A stretch of 61,634 bases of DNA, filler included, from Choristocarpus tenellus KU-1152 (Eukaryota; Protista; Phaeophyceae), in assembly GCA_964200185.2 (NCBI GenBank). It is 9 parts of 9 records of this genome, joined end to end, with 100 filler letters (N's around TTAATTAATTAA, not from the genome) between each part and the next. Parts side by side here need not be neighbours in the genome. Positions count along the whole stretch, not along the records: positions 23,072 to 28,690 come from CAXNAD020010226.1; positions 28,791 to 39,562 come from CAXNAD020002719.1; 7 more parts are not named here. One strand, given 5' to 3'. The notes under the pieces were generated by a model, which saw only the letters and a list, made by a program, of their open reading frames with translations, was not told where the DNA came from and did no database searches. Of the stretch, positions 25,480 through 38,871 are shown in pieces. The position numbers and the translations under genes are program-made. Positions within the stretch are counted from its first letter, which is position 1. Each line of letters starts with the position of its first letter.

Positions 25480-26900
25480 TAAAACATAGGCTGCTCATCT
25501 TTTACATCATTGATAACATACAGTACTACCAGTTCATACTGACTATTGATTCGTACATTGGTACTGGTCGTTAATCCCATTTACATCACCAGCACCTCAT
25601 CATAACATTATCACTTATTGTTGGAACATCAGTGCATAGCAAGTATAGAATATTGACATCTATCAAATACAACCATATTATTTGTATATGAGTTGTCCCA
25701 GATATTGATTCAAGTTTGTTTCTTTGCTTCTTGATCTTCACATCAGAACCATCAGTTGTATCTCATGTGCATATTATTGTTTTTTCTCTGGTTGCCTTGT
25801 CTCCAGCTAGACCTCGAGCTCCCTCTACACTAAGTGTACCTGACACGTAACTGGATGCAATATATTCGAGTTAAAATATCCCAAACCCTCCTACACAAGT
25901 TGACAAGCCTCTACACAGACCATGAATCTCTTCCTTTGAATGTACCATGGAATAACCTACACCTCTGTACCAAATATCCTCTGACCATGCAAAGCACGTC
26001 ACTAGGTTTATCAGCACTAATTCACCGGTGCTCATTGCACTATGACACCCCTTCACCACAACCAACCTGTCGCCGTACAAGAGCATGATTAATTCAATCC
26101 CAGGTTCCAACAGGTTACGAGCCTCAACACCTAAATGACACACACGACCTGGTCTTGTACTGCCTACCACCGTTCTCACACCTTCACCACTCAAGATAAA
26201 ACTACTCCAGCACCATGCAACGCACACTGCAACTACCCATCTTCTCTGGTGATGACTCCTCATGGGACCCCTTTAAAATTGAACTTTGAGGGAAAATTGA
26301 GCTGCGTGGCGCCTCAGGCCCACCGTGTTCTGGTTCAGAGCAACTCCCACCCACCCATCACCACCACCACTACCACCACCACTACCACCACCCCCACCTC
26401 CACCTCCACATCTACATATGAGGAAGGCAACAACCAGCTGTTCGGCATACTCCTTGCTACCTGCAGCGGACCTGCCCAAGACCTTCTACATGGACTACAG
26501 CAGTGCAATAAAACCAACCTCAACAACGGCCTCTCCGCTTGGCATGCCCTGAAAACCAAGCATGAGGCAGTCATTGAACAAGAGATGCACCCTGTCCTCT
26601 GTGGCTTGAACAGTGCATGATGGAATCTGGTGAGGATCCTGACCAGTGGTTACTTTGACTTTATCGGGTCAAGGCTGAGCTTGAAGGATTTGGTGAGGCC
26701 ATCAGTGACTTCCACCTGCGGACGCCCACCCCTCCTCTCCAAATGATGTTCTTCGGAGCCAAGTATGCTTCCACCTTGCCAAAGCCCACCCATGCCACCA
26801 TTGCCGCCAGACTGGCCATCACCCGCACCAATTCCCCCATCACCACATCACCCCACTCTACCATCTCCACCTAATAATATACCCCCAACCGGCCCCTGCA
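25480..26900 (+). mobile_element. Degenerate Copia-like gag-bearing element (gag ~26215-26760)
   Basis: MQRTLQLPIFSGDDSSWDPFK...QLFGILLATCSGPAQDLL...GLSAWHALKTKHE...MESGEDPDQWLL.LYRVKAELEGFGEAISD resembles Copia gag (UBN2/Retrotran_gag_2). It has frameshifts and a (CCA)n expansion. No pol seen. Confidence 0.7.
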
Positions 26901-26997
26901 ACTCCCACGTCCACCACCACCCAGAATGGGTCATATTCTTACCATTTTTGGATATTCCTACTGCAGCGTGGAGCCACACAACACTCTCATAACCTCC

Positions 26998-28455
26998 ATG
27001 GCGAGCCCCCCAAGCCTGTTGTCCCCGGCACAAAGCCCTCCATCTAGGGGAAAGTATTGCGAGCTGACTGCGGAAGGTCAGACTGCACTTGCTCTGCATT
27101 ACGCTTAGGCTCTTCCTCCGGGTCACGAGAGGTTCCCGAGGGGTGTGGGGTCTATATCGGCAAAAGAGTTTGGAGTGGGAGAGAGACACCCTAGACAGGT
27201 GTGGGCGAGCATCAAAGAACAATTAGACATGGGGAAGACCGTCACCCTGAAACGACAAGTCCGATCTGGACAGCCATTGGACTTCATGCCAATGAAACAA
27301 GTGAAGATCTGGGAAGTCAACGCCAGTATTTTCCCGCCGACTATTGACTAACTTTTCTGCCAAGCTCACCGAAGCGGGCCTAACAGTCGGCAGCTCAAAG
27401 CTTCATCACTGGCTCAAAGCCATGAGGGCAACAAGGGTGCAGCGGCACATCACCCCTAGCCTTTCGTTTTCTCACAAGAAGAACAGGGTGGACTTCATCC
27501 TCGACCAGATCTCCCGCAACCACAATACCTTCAGGATTGGCCTCAACACCTTTCACATCGACGAGGCATGGGTCTATCTCTTCTGCAAACGAAAGATGGT
27601 GCGCATGTTCCCAGGGGAGGAAAGAAAGGTGGGCTCGATGAAGGTGAAGCACAAAAGTCACATTCCGAAAGTGATGTTAATCTCTGCCATTTCACGTCCG
27701 GATCCTTCCCATGATTTTGGCGGCAAGATCGGGATCTGGTGGGTTTGCATCATGAAGGAGGCGCAATGGACTACAGCATGGCACACGAAGGGTGAGGAGT
27801 ACGAGGTCGATGTCACCGTCAACACCGAGTGGTACCTGGAGTGGTACAGGAGCAGCTGTTGCCAGCGATTAAGGAGAAAATGCCATGGCTGGAATCGGGG
27901 GGGGGCTCCATATAGCAGGATGGCGCGGCCCTGCATAGGAGCAAGACCATGGTGCAGAAGCTGAACGCTCCGGGGATGTAGGAGGGATGGAACATTATGC
28001 TTGTGATGCAACCATCGCAGTCACTGGATCTTAGCATCAACGATTTGGGGGGGGTTTGCCTCTCTGAATAGCAGTTTTGGGCAGAGCGGTACGGCACCAT
28101 TGATGAATTTGTAGAGGGGGTCTCAAGCATGTTCCATGTATATGACTCAGGCACCCTCAAGAGGGTGTGGCAGAGTCTGTTAAAGAGGTATAACCAGGTG
28201 CTAAGGGCGCTGGGGGGGAACGATTTTGAGGTAGAGCACACTGGGACAAAAACAAAGGCAGCAGGAGGGCAGGTTTGCTAGATAAGTCAACGAAAACCGA
28301 GCGGCCTCCACGGCGGCCCTGGATAGGTGGGTTAAAGGTGTTAAACAAACGCGAGACATAGTTTTTCTATGTAAAATATTCCAAGAAGATCAATGCAAAG
28401 GTCTCGTTTGTAATCAGAGGTCATCCAACGGCCCAGACTTACAGGACAGAGGGAG
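26998..28455 (+). mobile_element. Near-complete plant-mariner-like transposase pseudogene (D40D spacing) with 3' TIR
   Basis: Motifs HIDEAWVYL, KHKSHIPKVMLISAISRP, FGGKIGIW, QDGA...QPSQSLDLSINDLG and LKRVWQSL...GGNDF. 3' TIR CAGACTTACAGGACAGAGGGAG|TA matches the 9151 TIR at 21/22 nt. Several stops and frameshifts. Confidence 0.92.
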
Positions 28456-28534
28456 TATATCAAGTTCACGCAGACGTTTATGAAACTGCTGTGAACCACT
28501 TGCACTCTATAAGAGTTGAAGTTGAAAACGAGAG

Positions 28535-28690
28535 GACTCAAAGTATCTGGGGGTGGCATCGGCTGTCCATTTGGGGTCAGTTTTTTCATGTCGCGATTTT
28601 TGGGTGATTTGGTTGCATACGTTGGACGAATAATGTAATTGCACTTTTCCTGATTTTGGTCCAAATGTAGACCATGGTGTAGACCCCCCC
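28535..28690 (-). mobile_element. MITE family B truncated at contig end (other truncated B ends at 2840-2862, 28791-28811, ~39535-39562, 44900-44920, ~45090-45124)
   Basis: GACTCAAAGTATCTGGGG terminus plus the conserved internal sequence. Confidence 0.85.
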
Positions 28691-29240
28691 NNNNNNNNNN
28701 NNNNNNNNNNNNNNNNNNNNNNNNNNNNNNNNNNTTAATTAATTAANNNNNNNNNNNNNNNNNNNNNNNNNNNNNNNNNNNNNNNNNNNNCCCCCCAGGA
28801 TACTTTGGGTCGTTGTATTGGTTGCTATTCTCACGTACCACATTAGCTACTCATCACAACATCGTAAATCACCTTCAGAACACCACAGTACATAGGAAGC
28901 ATAAGAACAGTCGCTTCCTATCACAGATACTGCTATACCATGTGCCACATCAGTTCCCAAAGATATTGATTAAAGTTTGTCCCCTTGTTTCTTCATTGTT
29001 TTTTCCCTTCTTCAAACAAGAAGTTGATAGTTGTATATCATGTGTTGTTATTTTTCTTGAATGGCATTGACCCCTCATAATTCATCGCGCTCACTCTGCA
29101 CAACTACGTGTACAAGACACATGCCAGGATGCATTATAACCAGAGTTAAAAACATCCTTCGAAACCTTTCTTAGCTAAGGTGAAAAGCCTCTTCACAGAG
29201 CATACATTTCTTCATTTGAGCGTCTCATTGAATGCTCACA

Positions 29241-29612
29241 CATTTCACATCAACCATAGTCTGATTGAGAAAAACATGCCGTCAGACGCACCAGAACAAA
29301 TTCGCAGGTATTTTATTGCACTATGACACACACCTTTCTCAAAAGGTGCCGACCACATCACAACCAAACACACTTTCACATCAACCATTGTCTGATTGAG
29401 TCAAACCTGTCATCAGTCCAACCAGAACGAATTCACATGCGTTTTGTTGCCTAAGTCATACACCTTTCTCTAAATGTGCTAACCACAGCACAACAAAACA
29501 CTCTTTCGCATCAACCACTGTGTAAAACTTGTCATCAGTCCTACCAGAACAAATTCAACGATGCTTTGTTGCACTATTGTACCCTTTGTCACAAACTAGA
29601 CACAGCACAATA
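29241..29612 (+). repeat. Tandem repeat, ~130-bp unit x ~3
   Basis: Units begin (C)ACTTTCACATCAACCA at ~29241, 29371 and 29501 and share CCAGAAC.AATTC and CACAGCACAA. Confidence 0.8.
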
Positions 29613-29699
29613 ATGCGCAAAACACATATGAACTCAGGTTTCGACATGATCCACTTTAGTTTATCCTCCTAGTGAAACTTCCTTAGAAAGAAAGCTATA

Positions 29700-30030
29700 C
29701 AACATTGTACATCCGCTTCTATTCCTACACCACGAGTTCCTTCCCCTTCTGCTGCATTCGGTTCCGTGAACGGAAAGTTATCGGTCCCCTCCATTCTTGC
29801 AGGGAAGGGACAAGTGAGAGTGGGAACGAAATCATTGAGCCGACTACACTTAAATTGGGGCTGTTGTTTTCATATTTCGTGGCATCCATGAGTGATCCTC
29901 GCTTGCCCAAGAACATGGTGTTTGGGGGTCTTTCAACTGATAAACTAAAGGGGAAGATGGGAAGACCAGAGAAAAACTGATGGTGGTACCTCCACGATGA
30001 TGTTTTGAGTGTTTCTATATCCAAGCTGAA
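29700..30030 (+). mobile_element. RTE-clade LINE 3' fragment (post-RT region)
   Basis: CIRFR...EIIEPTTLKLGLLFSYFVASMSDPRLPKNMVFGGL...KGKMGRPEKN*W resembles the RTE C-terminal IE......L...G.V.RM...RLPK...G.L......GRP...W pattern. Confidence 0.7.
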
Positions 30031-33000
30031 GTCCCAAACCAAAGAATCATGGAGTATGAAGGATAGAGTCAAACAGTTGACGAACATGTGGCATACTAGT
30101 GAGTTCAAAGCAGTCACAGCTCACCACACAAGAGTGGACACTCATGTTGTTACAGGCGATATGTCTTGATGGTGGTTTCATAAACACCACCATGACTTTG
30201 AAATCCTAGATTTAATATATTTGTATACTTGACTATTTATTACGTAGTTATTATCATGCCCCATGTGGTACATCATTGCCAGTTCCTTTATGATGATATT
30301 GATTATACTTATGAAGGGAATAATCCAAGTGAGAGATCCAGCACACTTGACGACTTGTGCATCAGGAGTCCTGCACGTGCATCATCTTCATCTCTAGGCT
30401 TGTAGACTGGAGCTATACATCCTGTGGAGGTAAGCTTCGTCCTGAGCGTGTTGTAAAAATGTGACACTACCTGCGGGACTTCGGGTTGGGTATTGGGACT
30501 GGCTTAGCGATTCCTCCTTGGTATTGGTGGTGGATCTACGCATTTTTAGCATGTTTATCAGTCTCGACCCGAATTTTTGAACGTCTAACTTTGAGTGAAA
30601 ACATGTCCACTCTTGGACTAATTGTTGACCTTGATGCTGGAGTTAATACCCCTTTAGTTGGTATTTTTGGTGAGGTGACTGCTGGAACTTTCTCTTTTTT
30701 TATAGGGTTGGGTTTCTTTTGGGGATTTCACTTGGTGTGTTCGTACATGCATATATATATATGTGCATTTGCATATTTTTGTTACTTTTCTTTCTCCATA
30801 TTTCTACATTTTTGTTCCTGTTTCTCTGCTTTTGGTAGTATTTTTACGTTTATCTGCTATCGTTTTTGTATTGGCTATATGACCCTGTCTCTGATTCTGT
30901 TTTTTGTCCTTTCCTTGTTGTGGCAACACCTGCCAAATAAATGCTTGAGCATAATTTCGTCATCCTATTGAACGAATGAGTAACATTCAATCAAAATTTG
31001 ACAATCGAGATGAGTAGTAATATAAAGTACCCACCACAATAGGACTGTGCAATACGATGTGTCTACTCGTACACACTACATATTTCTTATCAATTTTTGT
31101 TTTTCGGTTTAGGGTTAGGGTTAGCGTATGTGTCTATGGGTTGCTGTATACTGCCACACACCTATGTGACTGATAGACCTGGTTGCTACTAATTGGAACT
31201 ACTAATGGTTACAGTAGTCCCCTACTCCAAGTAGAAGTAAATGAAATATATGAAGTATTTAAAGTCTGAACGAACTTTGTATATGTTTGTTAGGGGAAAT
31301 GAGCAACATACACGATAAGAACACAATATGAAAATCCCAATACAGCCTGCATTGCTTCTATGAAGGCTACCCAATACACCACCCCTAACAACAGTAGTAC
31401 TGTACTATTTGAACATAAGAAACCGATATAGCAATTATGGCAAATAATCAAATGTCATACCTCATTGTTTGACAGCTACTAATTAATAATGATGTATTGC
31501 ATATTTCAGTATTATTCGACATAGTATAGACTAGTGGATAGTCAAATGACCATTTTTTTTAATGAGGTGGCAACTCAAGTGCGTGGTGGGGGAGCAGGAG
31601 GAAGATAGAAAGGTACGTAGCCCTATCATCGCGTGTCTTTAGGCTGGAGACAACCGGTCATTTCGGGGGGACCTAAACAACCCCTGAGATTTTATATTCA
31701 TGAGCAAGAATATCTGTATAGACAAGGGTCGATTTATCTCTATAGAAATATATGTAGATTCTATGGAAGAGGTCGAAGTTGTGTAGTATATGCACAACAT
31801 TCATATCGTGCACATTCTGATGTAGTAGATGAGTTGTACTTCGCAGCGTATCCTGACGGATGGAAACAAATAGCCACAGAGTATATGATTTCATACACTT
31901 CACAACCCATGAGGTTCGGGACTTGAATAAACTGGCACGTGAACCAGTACTACCCTTGTGTACGTGCAACCTCCAGATCTCGAGATTGGATTGGCATCAA
32001 CTCAACGTAATAATTCTTGTTCAAATATGTATGAGAGTGACTGCGCTGGGAAGAGGACAAAGACTAGTCGAATCAGTGGATAAAATTTGAAAGCTGCTAG
32101 AGAGTAGGATACGTCTGTAGTCGACTTTGGATAACACATCACAGTGTCTGTCTCACCTAGCAAAAGGTGCTGTCCGGGGAAAGCAGGAAGAAACCACGCT
32201 AGTAGATAGGGCCCTAGATTGAGGATGTGTGTAAGGCTTGTATATAGTTGTCAACAATCTCCCCAGCTGATAGAAGAAGTGGCATGGCAGGCAGTGGAAC
32301 ATACTGATAGCAATTTGTCGTGATGGGGTAGGCAAGGAACATGAAGAGGACCAGGACAAAGCCCAGCTGGCCTTGACAAAACTTACATGCAAATTGTGTG
32401 CATGACATGTGTATAAACATTTTTTATGCCTTGTACAAAAAAAGGAATGCATACATTTTGCCTCATCAAGTAACACCTCTATTTTTGTTTACTCAGCTTT
32501 TGATATTGTAACAATTTCGAGTAGTATCTGTATTTGACTTGTATAGAACATTTTCAAAGCGATGAATATAAACTACTAGCAGGAACCAACTCTGTATACT
32601 GAATTCTACACGACATTATAGATTGTGTAGGAAGTTTATTATTATCACCTACGATCAATTTCACAGTTGTTGATTCGTGATGATACCATATGGGGGAAGA
32701 TGTTCAGAAAAGGTGGAAAAAATATATGTACACCGGAGTGTTGCTATTCACGTAAAGTAACAAGCACATACAGGATGAACCAACATTTCTTTGTACATCT
32801 TTTCTTTCTCTGCTACTCAGGAGAACAAGCGCATGGTATTGACTGTGTAAGGAATGCATCATGCAAAAAAATACACTGAGACATACCTTTTACGAGCACA
32901 CACACAGCCAAAAACAAAAATGATCCTGTCATTGCACGTTACTTGCACATTGTGCAAGGCAAAAGTCAGTGCCACTGATATGCCTCTTTGGAAAATGCCT

Positions 33001-35138
33001 AGAAATCACAGCACAAGATCTACGTTTCACCTATGTTACTATATTGCTCACAACATGTACGTACAGTTAGTATCATCACACATAGGTGAGTGGATATCCT
33101 GGGAAGATAGCCACACCCTCAGCACGATATCCAGGGTTTATAGCGCGGAGATCACGGCTGCCCAGCTCCTAAGCCAGGGATGAGGCAGTGAGATTAGTAT
33201 AACCAATATCATAAATTGCACATCAGGTGTGAGCACGAGTAGGTGATCCTGCCTGCATGTATATACGATGTTCCGATTTATATGGATATGAGACTTCAGA
33301 AATGGTTATATGTAGTGTCCAAAGGTATTTAGAGTAGGAATGCTAAGTGAAATACATACAATCCACTACTTTGAAGTTGCCAATAGATAGTGGGTAAGAA
33401 CTGAATGGTAGGTTGTACTCAATTCTCCAATGCAACCACGACTGGAAGGATCTCACTCGAAACAACCAGCAATACTCCTCGACATGTGTCCTCTACAACT
33501 AGCGTAGTTCAACATGCGATATGTACATGTATCCAAATGTCTCTTCATGTATGCTGTCGTTCTTGAGGAAGAAACTCACATCGATGCTGTCAATATCACT
33601 CTCCTGAAGGCTGAATCTGAACACTTGGCCGTCGTCCCCCACCTTGTCATTTGAATACATGAATATTAGAAATTGCAGTCATTTTGTGGTGTGGATATGG
33701 CATCCGGAATAGTGAAGTATCGCTGCGAACAAGTCAGCAATTGAGACTCAACAGGAGCCATGGCACTTCACCATCGCAGTGTTGATCTATTGTTAGAATG
33801 CTCACTGTTTGGTGGAACATTGACTAGGCAGGATCCAAGAGATCAAGCGATCCGACTCAAATACACACACACACTCTAGGAAAAAGGACTGACTGTGCTC
33901 ACCTGGTGTGATCGATTATTTTTCAGGGACATATGTCTCACACAACGACTAGAATATATCTATTTCTGCTCCTTGCCTTTGAGCTTGGGATCCATATAAA
34001 CATAGACCTATAAGGTATCAGGTGCTTAATCAGACGAATGGCATGTCAACTCATGCTTTTGGCTCTGTAGCACTCGTAGCACCATAGAGATGCTTAGCGC
34101 TCAACTATTGTGAAGATAAGCTTTTTTTTGGTTTCATTTTGCTTCGTTATCCTCCTGACCAATGATAGAGGCCCTACATACTGTACTACTTTTCATACTT
34201 AACTACTGTGTAACTAAGTGCTTCGGCACAACTAGTTGTACTGTCACTGTTAAGGGTCTTGGTTCTTCTGAGTTCAGCCATCCCACCACTCGTCACTCCA
34301 ATCCCTCCCTCAAGTTTGTGCTAGACCCACCTTGGCATTGCTCGGCAGTAATGCCATGCCACCTCATCCTCATGCTTTGTCCAGCGTTCTTGCGGCATAG
34401 CAAGGTATAGGACTGTGTAAAGGATTTCATTCCGATAGTGCTTGCTATGTGGACAACAGATGACCGAACCCAAACGTTATTAGAAATAAGACTGATACCG
34501 ATGGGGTTCAAAACGGGAATCTGAAACTCATTCAAGGAAAAGCCCCCTCAGTCACTTAGTGACGAGGATGCTCGGAAACATCCTGTGCAGACAGTGCAAT
34601 ATCGAGAACATTGTTGAGAATACGATAGTTTGGTCAACCGTTCCTTGCCCTGGAATGTACGAACAGACCTTCAGAATGTAAGGACAGACCTATAATATGA
34701 TACTGAATTTGTGATAGTATATGCTTTTGAAACCCTTTGGAGATGACGAACCTACTTCAACATGCACAACAAGCCTACTAGAACAAGCAGGGTGTGGTCT
34801 TTCAAAATCCGAGTGATCGAGAATCTCACCTATCAGCCAAGATATCGGGCAACGGGTTGGCAGTTGAGATTCTTGACGGCCTGGTGGGCCGAGAAGGGTG
34901 TTTTGCTGGGCCTCAACCGGTAGGAATGCCTTCCAACATATTAAAGCCCTACATATGCTGCGTCCACGGATTATGTCATCCACTCCACTAATCCACGCAT
35001 ATATACCTATGACAGACACCAAGGCGACAAACCGACCGCAACTGTTCAACCCGTAAGCGTCAGGCCCGGCAATGTCTCAGCAACGCTTATCATTTTCTGA
35101 CGGCATAATTAGTCTGAAACAGGGTGCATCAAATTTTT

Positions 35139-35395
35139 GAGTGAAAGTATCTTAGAGGGTACGAGTTTTGCCCTGTTTGTCCATTTGGGCTTGGCTTCCC
35201 ATGGGTTCTTTTATGACATCTTCCTACTTCAAAATTTTAGGAGTAGATAAAATGTATATGTTATGAAACGTGTGTCCAGAGTAAGGATATTGACACTTCC
35301 TAACCAACACGATAGGCAAAATAACATCAAAATAGTAACATTGACTTTTGGCCCCCCAAATGGACGCAGCTCTGCCCTCTAAGATACTTTGGCTC
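35139..35395 (+). mobile_element. MITE family A
   Basis: Both TIRs present, flanks tttt/tttg. Confidence 0.9.
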
Positions 35396-36198
35396 TTTGC
35401 TGATATCAACATTTCTGGTATGTTAACATAGCGATCAAGGACACCAGACAAAGCAAAACCTCCGTAGTGGGCGGCCAAGTAGGCCATCACCTGACATGTT
35501 GCCTATTAGCCCAAGGAATAGACCCTTCACGAATCTCAGGAGTCTATGATCGACTCTGTCAGGAACAGATTAATCCACACTCTCTGGAGGATTCGATCTT
35601 GCAACACTTTAGCAGGTGAAAAAGAATCTAACAGAAATATACCACAGAGGGTCATGTCTTTCACAATACATCAGATAGACCCATCGTAACTCGTGCCTAT
35701 CTGAGCAGTTGACCCAAGTTTCTCTACTGCTGTACACGTAGATACCTTTCCCACCCTCAGAATATCTCTTTTGTCTAGTTCTTATCCTTCGTCGAGCTCT
35801 TGTTAATACCGCACATACATATTTGAATTCCTGTATCAGTTCCGGAGTGCAGCACAACAATACATGGCTGAATATTAACTATTCTGTGTCCATGATTTCT
35901 CTGAACTGGCGCTATCACCTGGTCCATACCATTGAAATCAAGTCGGCCAAGGATTGCACCAAACTAGCCCAATGGCCAGCAGGATCTCTCAGAAGTCGCA
36001 GCAACCCAGGACCTGATCTATGCATCATGCGTCAGAAACATTTAAATGAGATGTAATCCGTTGGATCTGCTTGGAGACTGTTCACAAATCAACTCCCTGA
36101 CTCAGCCCTGACTACATCAGAGTTGGCTCAGGTTCTCCTACTAGTACATGTAGAAACCTAGATGGATATCCCTCCTTGAATGTACCAACCTCAACCAA

Positions 36199-36445
36199 GG
36201 ATAAAAAGTAAATGAGAGGGGTCCACCTCCTGATCTTCTTGCATTATATGTTTTTTTGCTATTCAAACATATTTTTATGGATGAAGTGCCAAGTTTGATT
36301 TGAGAGCGTTGATTCCTCTATTGGTTCAAACTTTTTGACACAAGACAGAAAAGTTCTAATACACATTTGTAAGAAAGTAAGTTTTGCACAATTTTTTTTG
36401 CATCCTTAAAATGCAACTCTGGGTACTGCGCGTTTGCTTGGGCGC
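36199..36445 (-). mobile_element. Diverged MITE family D copy
   Basis: Reverse strand carries GTACCCAGAGTTGCATT.TAAGGATGC and CAAACTTGGCACTTCATCCATAAAAATATG, shared with 15979-16237. TIRs are eroded. Confidence 0.7.
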
Positions 36446-38615
36446 TTGGTGCTTATGGACTTGGGAGGGCCAACAAAAATGTGCCACGAATGGATTATAA
36501 CTGCCCCAGTACGTTAAGAACGACCAGCTTAGACCCAAAGCGTCGACTCAATACAATTTCATCATTGCATATCAATCGAAGCACCATCGCAAGGACTTGG
36601 AACAGAGCTTATGTAGTCAATACAAACACTCTAACAAGGAATCCAAAGTAGTAACGTGCAACACCCAGCGAATATAATTTGCCTGCCCTCTGGGAGTAGC
36701 CTGTGTCAATTCACGTTCACGCCTTGTACGAGAATGGTGAGAGGGCATGAGGATCAAGCATGCCACGAGATGAGTGGTCTTTATAAGTGGATGCACAAGG
36801 AGGGGGAGCATGCTTGACGATTTCATATTTCTTGACATATACCAAGTATTTTTTCCGCAGAGCAGGTTCTGCCACAATTCCACAAAGAAAAACATGAAGT
36901 TCTGGCCACCCTTACATGTGTTCCATTTGTCTGCCTGTCTATCTGCATGTTACCAGTTCCGGGTCTTCCCTTATTGTGCTTCTCGCGCCCAATCTTGCGC
37001 CAGGGAATCTTGATCAGATAATCCACTTGCAACAAAATCCTTCTTAGCTAGGGTCAGGGTTATATTTTGTGTGGGTTTAGGCGGTGAACATGTATGGTTG
37101 ATGGAACTAACTGCTTCATTGATTGAGTGGTATGCCAGGGAATCGGCCATTGTTGACATAGGTCATGTGGAGCAGCGCACTCGCTAGTGCCCGCTGATGT
37201 TGCTTTCTCCTCATTGTCTTCTTTTCTCGACTTCAACAATTCTTGTGCATCCTTTCAAATTACAGGTGATGAGTGGTTGTTTGTCCAATAGACGGACTGG
37301 ACGTGACCCTGAGAATTCCTCTTAGAAGCTACATAACGCCTATATTTCCTCTTTTCTTCATTTTCGTTTTGCATTTTGACTATGTCTTTGTGTATTATTT
37401 TGTCCACGAGTCTGGGACTCCCACCGTTAATGTATTAAAAACTATCTACAAGATTAGGGTAAAGGCTGTTGACATACTTCTAGTCTATTCTTGGAAAAGT
37501 GGAAATCTACAGCTTGGGTCAGCTCTAATCACTGTATTGCTCGTCTGCTCGGCATTATGCTTCACATCGTCGTGTGGCTGGTTCTGGTTCTCGCTGTTTA
37601 TTTTCTTTGTCCCAACCATGAGCACTTCAAGTGCTTCCCATTTTATCTTTTGTACTCCGGAGTTGTATGCATCTTGAGCTGGCTCTATCTAGCCCTACAC
37701 TTGTGTGCGTACCTGGTCTTCGACGTGTCAACAATGTCTGCTCTAACTTGAGTTGTTGTCTCCCTTCTCATTTTTCTAGTCAAGATATGATGTAATTCTC
37801 CTTCTATAGATAGAGCCTCTTGTGTGGCAGTTGAACCATTTCAACTGAATTGCCGTGTAAGCAGGATGCCCAAGCTGCAAGGGCTACATCTATCTGAAGA
37901 GAGGGACACACACTGAAAGATCAGATAGGAAATACGGGACTTTGGCAAGGTTGCCCCTCACGTACAGACCAACGGCTCTGCCTAGCGTCAGTTATAGCCA
38001 CCTGTGCGATTGCACCTGATCTTCTATGTCCATCTGTTCCCTGTCTAACGCCTCATGCGTTCAACTAACATCCTATGATTATTCCATAGAATATAGGGTC
38101 ATATATATATATATATATATCCTGTGGAGATAGTCGTAAAAAAGGATCCGTACTATGCATAGAAGTGGCAGAAACTTCATTACGTTTAATCAACTGTGAA
38201 GTCTTGTCACCATATATCACTGCGTTCACTTTCTCTTGTATGCACATCAAACAAATGTGGCACACTGATTGACACATGCAGGCTCAATACTCACACCAGC
38301 CACATCCTAGTTGCACACGTGCACTGTGTCGTATGCCTGCGAAATCTGAATGGTCCCCCCTCGAGGTCTCATTTGTTTCTTATAATACAACAATTGTGGT
38401 TTATGTGCAGGGGAAGCCCTTTGTTGTAAGTACAGACGTTTGTAGTGTCAGTTGTGTTCTCTTGTGTGTTGATTCTTCCTTTCCCCTCCACACCTACCTA
38501 CAAGCTGAAAGTGGACATGAAATGATTTTGGCCCCCTGGGAAGGGCTGGACGTCTCAAAGGTTGCACATCGGGCAGGGGAGGAGAGGAGGGACCATGGTG
38601 TGACTCCTTGCGTCT

Positions 38616-38871
38616 GAGTCAAATTATCTTAGAGGGTACGACCGCGTCCAAATGGGGGTCGAAATCCAATGTTGCGATTTTGATGTAATTTTGGCTATTG
38701 TTTGTTAGGAAGTGTCAATATCCTTGCTCCGGATACACCTTTTCATAACGTATACATTTTACCTATTCCGAAACATTTCGGAGTAGGAAAATGTAATAAA
38801 GAAAATTTGGGAAGTCAAGCCCCAAACGGACAAACAGGGCAAAACTCGTACCCTCTAAGATACTTTCACTC
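38616..38871 (-). mobile_element. MITE family A
   Basis: Both TIRs present and a perfect TSD GTCT. Confidence 0.92.

Noticed and set aside
35900-36010. HTIEIKSAKD resembling a non-LTR restriction-like endonuclease motif
   Set aside because: No PD motif, zinc knuckle or RT motifs recognisable nearby.
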